Below are positions 14,801 through 27,095 of a stretch of 64,000 nt of DNA, piece after piece (positions within the stretch are counted from its first letter, which is position 1; every line of letters starts with the position of its first letter). The position numbers were made by a program, and so were the translations under genes. Under the pieces are notes generated by a model. The model was not told the DNA's origin, did not search any database, and was given only the letters and a program-made list of their open reading frames with translations. Origin of the DNA: Octopus vulgaris (Eukaryota); the NCBI GenBank assembly GCA_951406725.2, contig OX597839.1:32116001-32180000 (forward strand). Direction: 5' to 3'.

Positions 14801-17800
14801 CAGGGTTCCGCGGAACCTTAGGGTTCCGCCAGTACAGTCCAGGGGTTCCGCAAGAAGTTACAAAACTGCTAAACTCGGCAGTAATTTTTAATTCTCCTGT
14901 GCAGATATGTGTGCATAAGACTATTAAATTATTGCACAGGGGTTTGAAAAGCACTGCTCTAGTGTGTCTGTTATGCCGTCAAATACAGTACATTACTCGG
15001 CCTCTGTGGCTGTTGTTACAGGTACATAACTCTGAGGCAGGTAACATAACTCTTCTCTAACCGTCTCTGTGAGGTAGAATTTAAGTTCAACTTATTTCAA
15101 AATCGATTGGTTGGCCAATTGGTAGTAGAAGAATTGTTTAATCGAAATGATCTGGCCTGTGATATCAAAATAATGCCATGTCGAAAAAACGAAATGTATC
15201 TAAATGTATTTGTTTATTTCGTTTTTGCATTTGGTTTGCACAGTACATTAAACAAACGATCGATTTATTAGTTGGTTTGATATTTAACCAACTGACTTAC
15301 AGTAAAGAAGTGATAGTGAAGCAGTGCAATGTGTCACTATTAATATTGGCGTAATGACCCTCCCAAGACAATATATGGCTGTTATTGCCCTTATTCTAAA
15401 TATATAAAGAAACTCTAAAAAGTAGAGAAAATTGTGTTTAATAACAATTTCACTTTCCATAAACTTATATCAAAATTTAATTTTCAAAAATGTAATTCAG
15501 AAAGTATTTCAGTTATTTCAATAATTCTCATTGCCATCATCAGTTAAAGTCTTATTTCCTTGTTGGCATGGGTTGGGCAGATTGACAAGAGCTGGTGAGA
15601 TAAGAGATTGCACAAAATTCCAATGTCTGCTTTGATGTGGTTTCTGTGGTTGCATACGCTTCTTAAAGCCAGTCATATTTAAAGAATTTATTGGGTGTTT
15701 TTTTTTTTGTTTTTTCCATTGCACCAGCACCAGTGAGGTCACCAAGTCACATGCAAAACAAAGACTCTCTCAAATGAGTGAAGGAGAAAGTTTTGTGTTT
15801 AAACTGACCATATCACACCCAAATATTCTGCATTTTTCTATGTTCAAACTAACTGGATTTGCCCTCTCATGCCTACCATACAATGTCATTCTAAAATGGT
15901 GCCGCCTGACTGACTCCCATGCCAGTGACACGTAAACAGCACCATTCGAGTATGGTCGATGCCAATGCTGCCTGAGTGGCCCCTGTGCCAGTGGCATGTA
16001 AAAAGCACCCACTACTTTCTCAGAGCAGTTGACATTAGGAAGGGCATCCAGCTATAGAAACCTTGCCAGATCAGATTGGAGCCTGGTGCAGCCTCCTGGC
16101 TTGCCAGTCCTCAGTCAAACCATCCAACCCATGCCAGCATGGAAAGCAGGCATTAAACGATGATGACATCATTGAAATCTTGAAACTGCAAGATAATGCT
16201 TGATTAATTCAAACTGATTTGCATAAATAAAAGGGTTAAAGTATGATAGAGGGACAGAAACAGGTGTCTTGTTGTAGAAGAGATCTATGGCTGTATCAAT
16301 TGGAAGAGAAAGAGGATGACAGTAAAAAATGGTTTTAGGGCAGTTTACAGGAAAATGTTGAAGATTTATTGAAGTTGCAAAAGAAGTTGATTAATGAAAC
16401 CAAAAGTTCTTGACGTATTTGTTGTTATTTGAATATATCTTGGCTGCTTTACCGAAATCTCTTATTTCTTGCATTAACAGGGCACCATCACGATTGGTAT
16501 TGATGCCACAGATGTTTTTGATCATTATGACTTAGATCCAGAAAATGAGTGAGTTCTTTATGATTATTGTACAATCGTTAAATTCCATTTAACGTTGCAA
16601 ATCAGTTTTAATTTTTCTTCAGTTATGCAACGGATGTTTTGTTTTTTTTAATTAGAAAATAACATGAATGTTATAAAATCTCATTTTCTCTCTTCAGTAA
16701 ATTAGTGTATTTCTTCATCATCATTATTTAGTTAGTAAGTTAGTTAATTAATTTTTTTGGCTCAAAAAGCAAAAAGCAAGGCCATGTAGGGGGACATGGA
16801 GTTATGTACAGGGTGGTGTTCATGTAAAGAGTTCAGGCCATTTCTGGTCAAGAGAGGCTTTGAACCGAGCAGTCGTCGACATCTTCACTATCTCGTCCGG
16901 CAGCTTATTCCACGGATCTGCAACCCGGATGGAGAAAGCCCCTCTCCTTCGATTGAGATGAACTCGTCGCAGATAGAGCTTTTTGGAATGACCCCGCAGC
17001 CGACGCTTTGGAGCAGGAGTGAAGAACAGCTCTTTCGAGAGGTTACACTTTCCGCTTATGATGTCGTGAGCAAGAATGAGATCACCACGGCGTCGTCGTT
17101 TTTCTAGAGAATAAAGGTTCAGCCTTTCTTCATAAGACAAATTCTTGAGACCAAGAACCATGCGGGTAACCAGCTTCTGGACTCTTTCGAGATGCTGTAT
17201 GTCTTTGAGGAGATAAGGAGAAGAGGCCTGAATCCCGTACTCCAATATGGGTCTCACCAGCGTAACATAGAGCGGTAGGAATATGGCTGCTGGTGATTAA
17301 TTTTCTGTTCTAGCGTGGATTGGATGGTTTGACAGGAGCTGGCATGGTCAGAGGACACACCAGGTCCCATAGTCTGTTTTGCCATGGCTTCTACGGCTGG
17401 GAGCCCTTCCTAATGCCAAACATTTTACAGAGTGTATTGGGTGCTTTTTACATGGTACCTGTACCCACTGGGGCACCAAGTAGCTTGCATGATGAAAACC
17501 CCTCAACTCTGAGTAGTATTTAGTGAGTGGGCTTTGTGCTAGCTGTGAGATTAATGATATAGAGGGCCAGAGATGGGCATCTTACAGTAGAGTGGATACG
17601 TGGAGACCTCAGTTGGAGAAGAAAGGAGAGTGTATTAGAGAGGAAGGTAATGAGAATGAGTGGATCAAAGTAAAAGAAAGAGGGTGGTAGTGAGAGAGAT
17701 GGTGGCAAAGAATGTATTGGGTGTTTTTTTTTTTGTTTTTTCCATTGCACCAGCACCAGTGAGGTCACCAAGTCACATGCAAAATAAAGACTCTCTTAAA

Positions 17801-18755
17801 TGAGTGAAGGAGAATATTTTGGCCAGATATGGTGTTATGATTTAAGGGATATTTTGCTGCTATTTCTAGCAATCTAACAGACCACATACATGTTCCTCTG
17901 TTGACTCGAGAGAGACTTTGTCGATTGCTCTGTTGAATGTTTCTCCCGGTCCATCTTTGCAGGTCATTCATTCCGTACTTTGAAGTGAGCAGCATGAACT
18001 TGAGCCAGTCAGTAGAGGCACCACTGACCCTCAATGATACGGTCACATTTGGAGGTAACATCGAAGCACAGAATGGAAATGGTAATGGAAACATGTTGAT
18101 GGTTTGGAAGCGGTTATTATCAGACAAATCATGGGCAGAGGTAGATGCTTGCTGCTTCTTCATATTCTTTTCGTCCTTAACCCCAAAGTGTGTTGTTTGT
18201 GTGTAAATTCTCGACATTCTGTGACCTCCTCATCTGAGGAGGTTCGTCTTTCGCTTTGAAATATTCCACTTTATTTTCTTTGTGTCATGTGTTCTTGATG
18301 TATATAGAAATATATAAAACGTGTATTTATTGGTACTAAAGAAAAGATTTGTGTGTTTCAAAGTCACCAGTCATGTGTGTTTATTTGGGGGGAATGTTTA
18401 TATATATGTACATTCATATATATATATATATGCATATATATATAATACATATATATATAAAACACATATATATATATTTATACATACATATATATATATG
18501 TATACATACATACATATATATATATACATACATATATATATATATATACATATATATGTATATATACATACATATATATATATACATATATATACATACA
18601 TACATACATATATATATACATACACATACATATGTATACATATATATATATATTCACATATATGTATGCATATATATATATGTGTGTGTATACATATACA
18701 TACATATGAATGCATATATCTGTGTGTATGTATGCATATATATATGTACATATAT

Positions 18756-18795
<40 letters not shown>

Positions 18796-21700
18796 ACATA
18801 CATCATTGTAAGAAATTGTGGTTTATTGCTCCGTTTATTTATTTTTTTCTTTTGTAGTTGTTATTGTATAAATGACATCTGTCTGTGCCATGTAACTTTG
18901 ACATTTTTATGTTCCTAAAGCATAGAAACTGACGGCCAGTCTGTTACAGTTCTGCTTCTTTCTTAAGTGACTCGTTTCTTGAATGACCCAAGGTAAGACA
19001 ATAAAATAACAAAATAAATCAAACTTTGGTATTCTGGCATCTATCAATGCCACCACAGCTCTTAATCAGCTATGCTTTGTTTTCACTTGTTTCTTTCTTC
19101 CTTCGTATGCTAATGTGGTGTTTCTGTGGAGGTGCAATGGCCCAGTGGTTAGGGCAGCGGACTCGCGGTCATAGGATCGCGGTTTTGATTCCCAGACCGG
19201 GCGTTGTGAGTGTTTATTGAGCGAAAACACCTAAAAGCTCCACTAGGCTCCGGCAGGGGATGGTGGTGATCCCTGCTGTACTCTTTCACCGTGGAAGCAC
19301 AATGGCCCAGTGGTTAGGGCAGCGGACTCGCGGTCATAGGATCACGGTTTCGATTCCCAGACCGGGCGTTGTGAGTGTTTATTGAGCGAAAGCACCTAAA
19401 AAAGATCCACGAGGCTCCGACAGGGGATAGTGGCGATCCCTGCTGTACTCTTTCACCACAACTTTCTCTCACTCTTACTTCCTGTTTCTGTTGTACCCGT
19501 ATTTCAAAGGGCTGGCCTTGTCACTCTCTGTGTCACGCTGAATATCCCCGAGAACTACGTTAAGGGTACACGTGTCTGTGGAGTGCTCAGCCACTTACAT
19601 GTTAATTTCACGAGCAGGCTTCCATCCAATGTGATATTTGAAATGCTTAGACGAGGGTTCACTTTAGTGAAGGCTGCTAAGGTGTATTCTGCAAATATTT
19701 TCTCAAAGTATTTTTACGAAACTTAATGATTTTTGTGGACGATTGAGCACTTGCCTTTCAGATTTGTTTAATTTTTTTGCTTACACAAATATTTCCAGTG
19801 ATGGAAATGATGGAACACATGGGGATATATTTTCATATGCAAGATATTAAAAGAAAAACTAAGCTAAACTGGCCTTCTGTTGATTATGATGACATGAGGT
19901 CATTGCCAGTGCCACCGGACTGGCTCCTGTATAGGTGGCACGTAAAAAAACACCATTTGAGCGTGGCTGTTGCCAGTACTGCCTGACTGGCCCTCGTGCT
20001 GGTGGCACATTAAAGCACCCACTACACTCTCGGAGTGGTTGGCATTAGGAAGGGCATCCAGCTGTAGAAACTCTGCCAGATCAGATTGGAGCCTGGTGCA
20101 GCCATGCTAGCAGGGAGAGCAGACGTTAAACGATGATGATGATGAGGAGCTTCCTGTTGATCCAATCAATGGAACAGCCTGCTCGTGAAATTAACATGTC
20201 AAGTGGCTGAGTACTCCACAGACATGTGTACTCTTAACTCTTTTGTTGCCATATTTCTGTTGAGATGCTGTGTTTCTTTCAATTAATTCTAAATATAAGA
20301 AAGAATTTATTAAAATAACTTTGTTATCATTAAGCTGGTGTTAGGAACATAAATTGTGTCTAAGGTTTGGTGGAAGATTTTAATCCAGAACTTTTGCAAA
20401 CAAGACATTTTTACTACAGAGCCAGGGGCGGTTTCAGCTGAGTTGGTATCAAAAGGGTTAATGTAGTTCTCGGGGAGATTCGGTGTGGCACAGAATGTGA
20501 CATGGTTGGCCCTTTAAAATACAGATGCAACTCATTTTTACTCTGTCTACCTTGCATGCATGGGTAGGACAGGTTACAGGAGTCAATCAGGTAGAAGACT
20601 ACCTTTCTGTTTTGGCAGGGTTTTTACACACCTGCACAGATCACTGTTGCACCGTGGTTAATGAATGCCTCTCATCATGACATAAAATGTCTCAGGTAAC
20701 GAGCATGCAGGCCATCAACAATGGTTGGCGATAAGCTAGGAGTATCAGTAGGAGAGCATCAGTTGCTCTCTTGGCTCCAACTAATTCACTTTTAGCGGAA
20801 TAACACAGTTTTATCCAACATTTATCAAATATCATTTTGATCATCATCGTCATTGAATGTCCACTGTCCCTACTGGCATGAGTTGGGTTGTGTGACCAGA
20901 GGTGGCAAGCTGGGGAGCTGCACCAGACTCCAGTCTGATTTGTCCTGGTCTCTGGATGCCTTTCCTAACATGCCAACCACTTTACACAGTGTGCTGGATG
21001 TTTTTATGTGGCACCACGCAGGCACTGCCATGAGTGCTTTACACACCCAAAGGGATTGGGTCTTAACACCTCTGCTGCAGAGTACAGCTCTTCTATAATG
21101 TTATCTTGCATTAAGTGGCATTTTCCAAATATTTTAACTTCCTTGTTTCATATTTTATTGTCATACCTGTATTTTTTGTGTGAAGCTGTTCTCACTCGAC
21201 CGTAAACACGAGCATGTTTGGGTGAGGGATTTTGCCTTGTTCCTTCGTATTAAAGATTACATGTATTTGATTTCATTGGTGTGTATTCTCATCATTCTTT
21301 ATAATTAAATAATAAGGAATTTTATTAAAAAAAAAAATCATTGAAGTATAAGCAGTTTATTGCTCATAAACTTTGACAACAGACTCTTATGTGGATCCTC
21401 AGCAGAAGGGTCCTGGCTGCTGAGAATAAATACCAAATCTACTAGTGTCGCAAAGCAGGAGCATATCAAGAGGAAAATGAGGGGTGAGGCAGTCTCCCTT
21501 GGGCACAGAATTTCTTCTGGCCTCACCTGCCTGTTAATTAAGGTGGAAGGGGGTACTAAAGGTACCTTTGCCCCAGAGTACTGAGATCCTTTGTATAGAA
21601 GATTATTACTTGAACCACTTCACAAACCTTGAATTCATTTTTTTTTTTCTCTAATTTCTGTTTAATAAAATTACGTTAAATTTTAATTTCAGTTTCTACT

Positions 21701-24700
21701 TTTGTTAAAGCAAAGTCTGAGAAAGAATCAGTGTATAAAAACTATTTTGCTTCTTAGGAAAATCTTAAATTACTTGAATTTAGTTGATAGGATGAGTTTA
21801 TCTGAAGTATTGAAGAAGTTTGTCCAATCGAGTGAGAAAGGGTAACCACATTGTTTTCATGTTCATGAATGTCTGAACAAAGGATAAAACCTTTTTTTTT
21901 TCACACAGGCCCATAACTTTCAGTCAATAGAATGGAAGAAGGGAGATGACATAATGTTGTTCAGCCCTGTCTTTCATCCTTTACTTGGTTCCCTCAGATT
22001 GCCATCATGCTGGAGCACTGCTTTGAAGAATTGTTTAGTTAAATGAATCAAGCCCTGCACTTTTTCTTTTTTAAGCCTGGAACTTATGCTTTCAGCTCCT
22101 TTTTTTTTGTTTTTTTTTCTCCAAACCATTAAACAGGGACATAAACACCCCTATATTGGTTGCCAAGCGATGGTAGGGGACAAACACACCACCACACTTT
22201 CGCATACACACACATTTATATACAAAAGGCTTCTCTTAGTTTCCGTCTACCAAATCCACTCACAAAGCTGTAGTCAACCCTTGCCTAGAGTAGAAGACAC
22301 TCACCAAGTGTTCCTCACAGTGGAAATGAACCTGGAACACTGTAGTTCGGAAACAAGCTTCTTACAACACAGCTACGCCTACACCTATGGTCAGCCTTCA
22401 GCCAGCAGGCTATGGTCAAGGGGTTCCAATTATGCCATTTTCAGGGAACTAAGACTACCTTATCTAATGTAGTCCTAGGATTTCCTGAAAAGACTTGCTG
22501 TTTAGTTTGAAGCAGATTTGGCCACCATTTCTTGAAGATCAACCAGTCTGAAAGGGTCATTTTAGATATTGGTTATGAAATTGCCATGAATAGGAATTGG
22601 AGCTTGAAAATGGACTCAACAAACCAGACCAGCCTCATCTACATTTCGTTTCTTTCAATATTAGTCAACACACCACACACTCACACCATTCACTGCAAGT
22701 CAGCAATTGGGGCTTCTGTGCTGCTGCTTGACCTGTGAGAAATAGCAGCCACATTTCTTAAAATCACACTCTACGATCTTAAAAAAGGGGGAGGGACACA
22801 TTAGATAATAGCCCCAAATACTCCTAAAAAAATTAAGATGAGATAGGCTTGGCTGGACCTCCTTCGATCATGTGCTCAGTCAAGGCCGACATAGAACTCT
22901 CCATCTAGTCTCTATGTTCCTACAGAATCGGCAAACAACTTTTTTTTATCATTATTATTATTATTACTTTGCTTCTTGTAACAAGAATTTAGCACAGACA
23001 AATCCAAAGACCAAGTCATCAGCAAAATATTGGTTCTAATAATAATAATATTTTCTGCTTTAGCACAATCCCTGAAATTTTGAGGGAGGGTTCCAGTTGA
23101 TTGCATCAACTTCAAGATTCAACTGGTGTTTATTTCATTGACCCTGGGAAGATAAAAGTCAAAGTCTTAGTGATATTTGAACCCAGAACAGAAAAACGGG
23201 CAAAACGCTGCTTAAGCATTTTGTCTGGTATCCTAATGGTTCTGCTCAAATCATAATGGTTTTAAATTTTAGCACAAGGCCAGCAGTATCATAGGCCCCA
23301 ATGCTTAACGCAGCGGTTTTCAACCAGGGTTCCGCAAGAAGTTACAAAACTGCTAAAATCGACAGTAATTTTTAATTCTCCTGTGCAGATATGTGTGCAT
23401 AAGACAATTAAATTATTGCACAGGGGTTCCTCGAGCCAGTGAAATGTTTTCTTGGGGTTCCGCTCCAGCAAAAAGGTTGAAAAGCACTGGCTTAACGAGT
23501 ACTTATTTTATCGATCCTGAAAAGACAAAAGGCAAAATCGAACTTCGGTAGAATTTCAGCTCATATGAAGCCGGAAGAAATGCCGCTAAGCATTTCGTCC
23601 GGCGAGCTAATGATGATGATGATGATGATGTTGATGATACTTTGCATTGCTCCTTGGAGACACATTTGTGGCGAGCTATAGATGCCGGGATCGATTATCG
23701 ATTCCTGCTGGTTTTGAAGTGAAAACGTTGAGAAACGAAAATTTACATTTACTAAAATATAAAATATATATCTCATCCGGTGCCCGACCCTTTCTGGTCC
23801 TCTAAATAAAAAAAAGGACAGTCGTGACTTTTCACTGACCCCGTAATATAAATGGAAAGAAACACTTCTGAACACAAGGCAGTCGCTTGATTGCTAGAAA
23901 TAACTGCCCTGCCTTCTTGAAATCATATCGTTTTCAAACAACGACTGAAGTGTCATCACTTATCAAACAAGCCATAACTAATCCATAACACCACCATTAC
24001 TACTACTACTACTACTACTACCACTACCACTACTACTGCTTTTCTCCTCTTTCTCTCCCTCTTTATTATTGTCTGAATGTTAAGGACTCTCTACGTAGTC
24101 GCTCGATTGCTGGAAATAGCAGCCAAAAATGTTCTTCAAGCCGTTTCCCACTGTTTTCTGAGACGGAGACGGTGGATGATAGGATCTCGGAGTGCACTGT
24201 GACTGGGGAAACTGTTAAAAAAAAAAATAATAAAAAATTACGTAGTGGTCATGGCTGGAAGAATGCCTTTGATTACATTTCGTCTGCTCGATCGGACCGA
24301 GTCTTCAAACAACACAACACAACACCACAGCCATCTCGTTATCGAGTCAGACATAACTAATCCATAACCACCACCACCGCCTCCGTCGCCACCGTCCCCA
24401 CCACCACCACCACCACTGCTACTACTGCTGCCACTCCTACTCCCACTCATTCTCTACCTCTTCCTCCTGCCCCCTCTATTATTATTATTGTCTCTATTGC
24501 TAAGATGGCTGACTATCGTGTAACGTGGGATAAAAAGAAAGAAAACCAACTCATCGACTATTTCGAAGGTGCGTACATCGTTTGTTATTCAAATCGTTAT
24601 CGCATTCCTCTTTCTTGCTTCGATGTTTTTCGTTTTGTTGTTCTCACATTTTTACTTTTTTTTCAATTCCCATCCCCCCCCCTCCTCCTTCGTTCTTTCC

Positions 24701-25687
24701 TTTTGCTTTTAACTTTCCATTCGGAAAACTATATCTTTCCTAACCTTTCCTCTCTCTACAACATATATTTCAGACTACCCAGTCTGCTATTTATTTACCT
24801 TTACCTGTGTTTTCATATTCATCTATTTCACCTCACCTATCTAAACCCAGATCGTGTATCTTAATCCCGATTCGAACCCCGATCTCCCTCTCCGTGTCTG
24901 TCCGTTTGCTACTATTTATTATATATATATATGTATATACATGTTTTCTTTCTCTCTCTCCCTGTCTGTCTTCCCCTCTTGGCAGCTCGTCCCTGTCTTT
25001 GGGATTTATCTATTTTACCTCACCTATCTAAACCGATCGTGTATGTCTTAATCCCGATTCGAACCCCGATCTCCCTCCCCGTGTCTGTCTGTCTGCTACT
25101 ATTTATTAAATATATATATATATGTATATACATGTTTTCTTTCTCTCTCTCCCTGTCTGTCTTCCCCTCTTGGCAGCTCATCCCTGTCTTTGGGATCATA
25201 GTCATGCCGATTATTTCCGCAGAGGTGTCAGGGATGGACTCATGAAGGAACTGAGCAACAAACTGGGCTGTGATCGATCCGGGCGTCCTTATACAGGTAA
25301 AGTCTGCTCTCTCTCATTATTTCTATGTAACAAGTCTTCCCAAACCGCTCATTTATTTACCTGTGTCGGTGTGCGAACGAGTCGTTAACAACTTCCCTGT
25401 TGCTAATCGAAGTCGACTCAGCGATTGCACTTTCGATTTCCGGTTGAACCATTTCGTTTCGCTTCAGCTGGTCTTTCGGCAAAGGTTTTTTTTTTCCTGT
25501 TGTTGTCGGATGTCGTTGGCCACAAATGAGTTTTTGCTCGGTTGACAATGTCCTTGGCTAATTTACTGCATCAACACAATTTTCCAGGATGTTCCGGCAA
25601 CCCATTAAACGTTAGCCAATGTGCGTGCGTGTTTGTACACGACCTAGCTTTTCGATTTGCTAAAGTTAGCAACCAAATCCCCTTCAA

Positions 25688-25737
<50 letters not shown>

Positions 25738-27063
25738 TGTATACCATCTTAAAATAAAAGGACACATTAGTTAGTGTAGTCCTAAATTCTCTCGGAAAAA
25801 ATTAGATGGTCACGGTTGGGATGTCTCTAATAACAGGTCTGCATATTCAGAGGTGACCTGTGTCTGGGAAGTACAGACGCACACACATCGACAATGCACC
25901 TTTGTTAATATAAATACGTCCAGGTTAGAAAGGATTGTGTTAACCGGTGACAGAGGTTAATGTCATGATATGCAATTAGGGAAAATATATTTATCGATAC
26001 ATTTTTGAACAGACTAACAAAATTATAAAAAATACCGTCAGTGTCACGTAAAAACAACACAAATCTTATGAAAAAAAATACGAGTGAGTACTCGTAGAAA
26101 ATCCGTGGGTGATATTGCCTTCTGGTTAATTACTTGTAGTTGCAGGAATTAATTGAACAAAATAGACGGCTATAACTAAATATAATTTATACGTGGACAG
26201 TGAAACGTCTGCACACTTCTATTCAATATTCTGTTAAACCAGTGATTCCCAACCAATTTTTACCTATGGGCCCTTTTGGTTGTTGTTTTACTTGAATGGA
26301 CCCTCAAACATTTGATGTTTACAAAAAAATCCGGTTGTATTTTTATGGTTAAATATCATTAGGAATTGAATTTTAAAAAATAGTTAAAACATTTTGTGTA
26401 TAGGCGCAGGAGTGGCTGTGTGGTAAGTAGCTTGCTTACCAACCACATGGTTCCGGGCTCAGTCCCACTGCGTGGCGTCTTGGGCAAATGTCTTCTGCTA
26501 TAGCCCCGGGCCGACCAATGCCCTGTGAGTGGATTTGGTAGACGGAAACTGGAAGAAGCCTGTCGTATATATGTATATATATGTTTGTGTGTTTGTGTGT
26601 CTGTGTTTGTCCCCCTAGCATTGCTTGACAACCGATGCTGGTGTGTTTATGTCCCCGTCACTTAGCGGTTTGGCAAAAGAGACCGATAGAATAAGTACTG
26701 GGCTTACAAAAGAATAAGTCCCGGGGTCGAGTTGCTCGACTAAAGGCAGTGCTCCAGCATGGCCGCAGTCAAATGACTGAAACAAGTAAAAGAGTATAGT
26801 AAAAGCATAAACCAGTTTACTGTACTTTATAAACTGGTTTATACTTTTAGTATAATCTTATATGGACCCTGGTTAAGAACCGCTGGGCTAAACAAGTGCC
26901 TTGTTAATGTTTCCAGGAAATACAGGGGTAGTGAAATCTTCATAACTTGCAGTGTTTCTCATAAGAAATGAGTTGAGCTGACAAATTGCTGTTTTTAATA
27001 AAATTAAGGTAATTTTCAACTTGTCCAACACCATCATGAACAAAGAAAAATTTTAGGGATGCA

Positions 27064-27095
<32 letters not shown>

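Noticed and set aside
18321-18918. Long Y/I/M/H-rich ORFs (also 56709-57194)
   Set aside because: Stop-free TA/TG microsatellite artefacts.
18858-18998. Possible poison exon ending at a strong donor caag|gtaaga (18992)
   Set aside because: Several candidate acceptors, all giving early stops. Such donor words occur by chance, so it cannot be supported without RNA data.
19127-19200. tRNA gene (also the heads at 19292, 30941, 26402 and 31718)
   Set aside because: A/B boxes are present but run straight into SINE bodies, with no complete cloverleaf or terminator.
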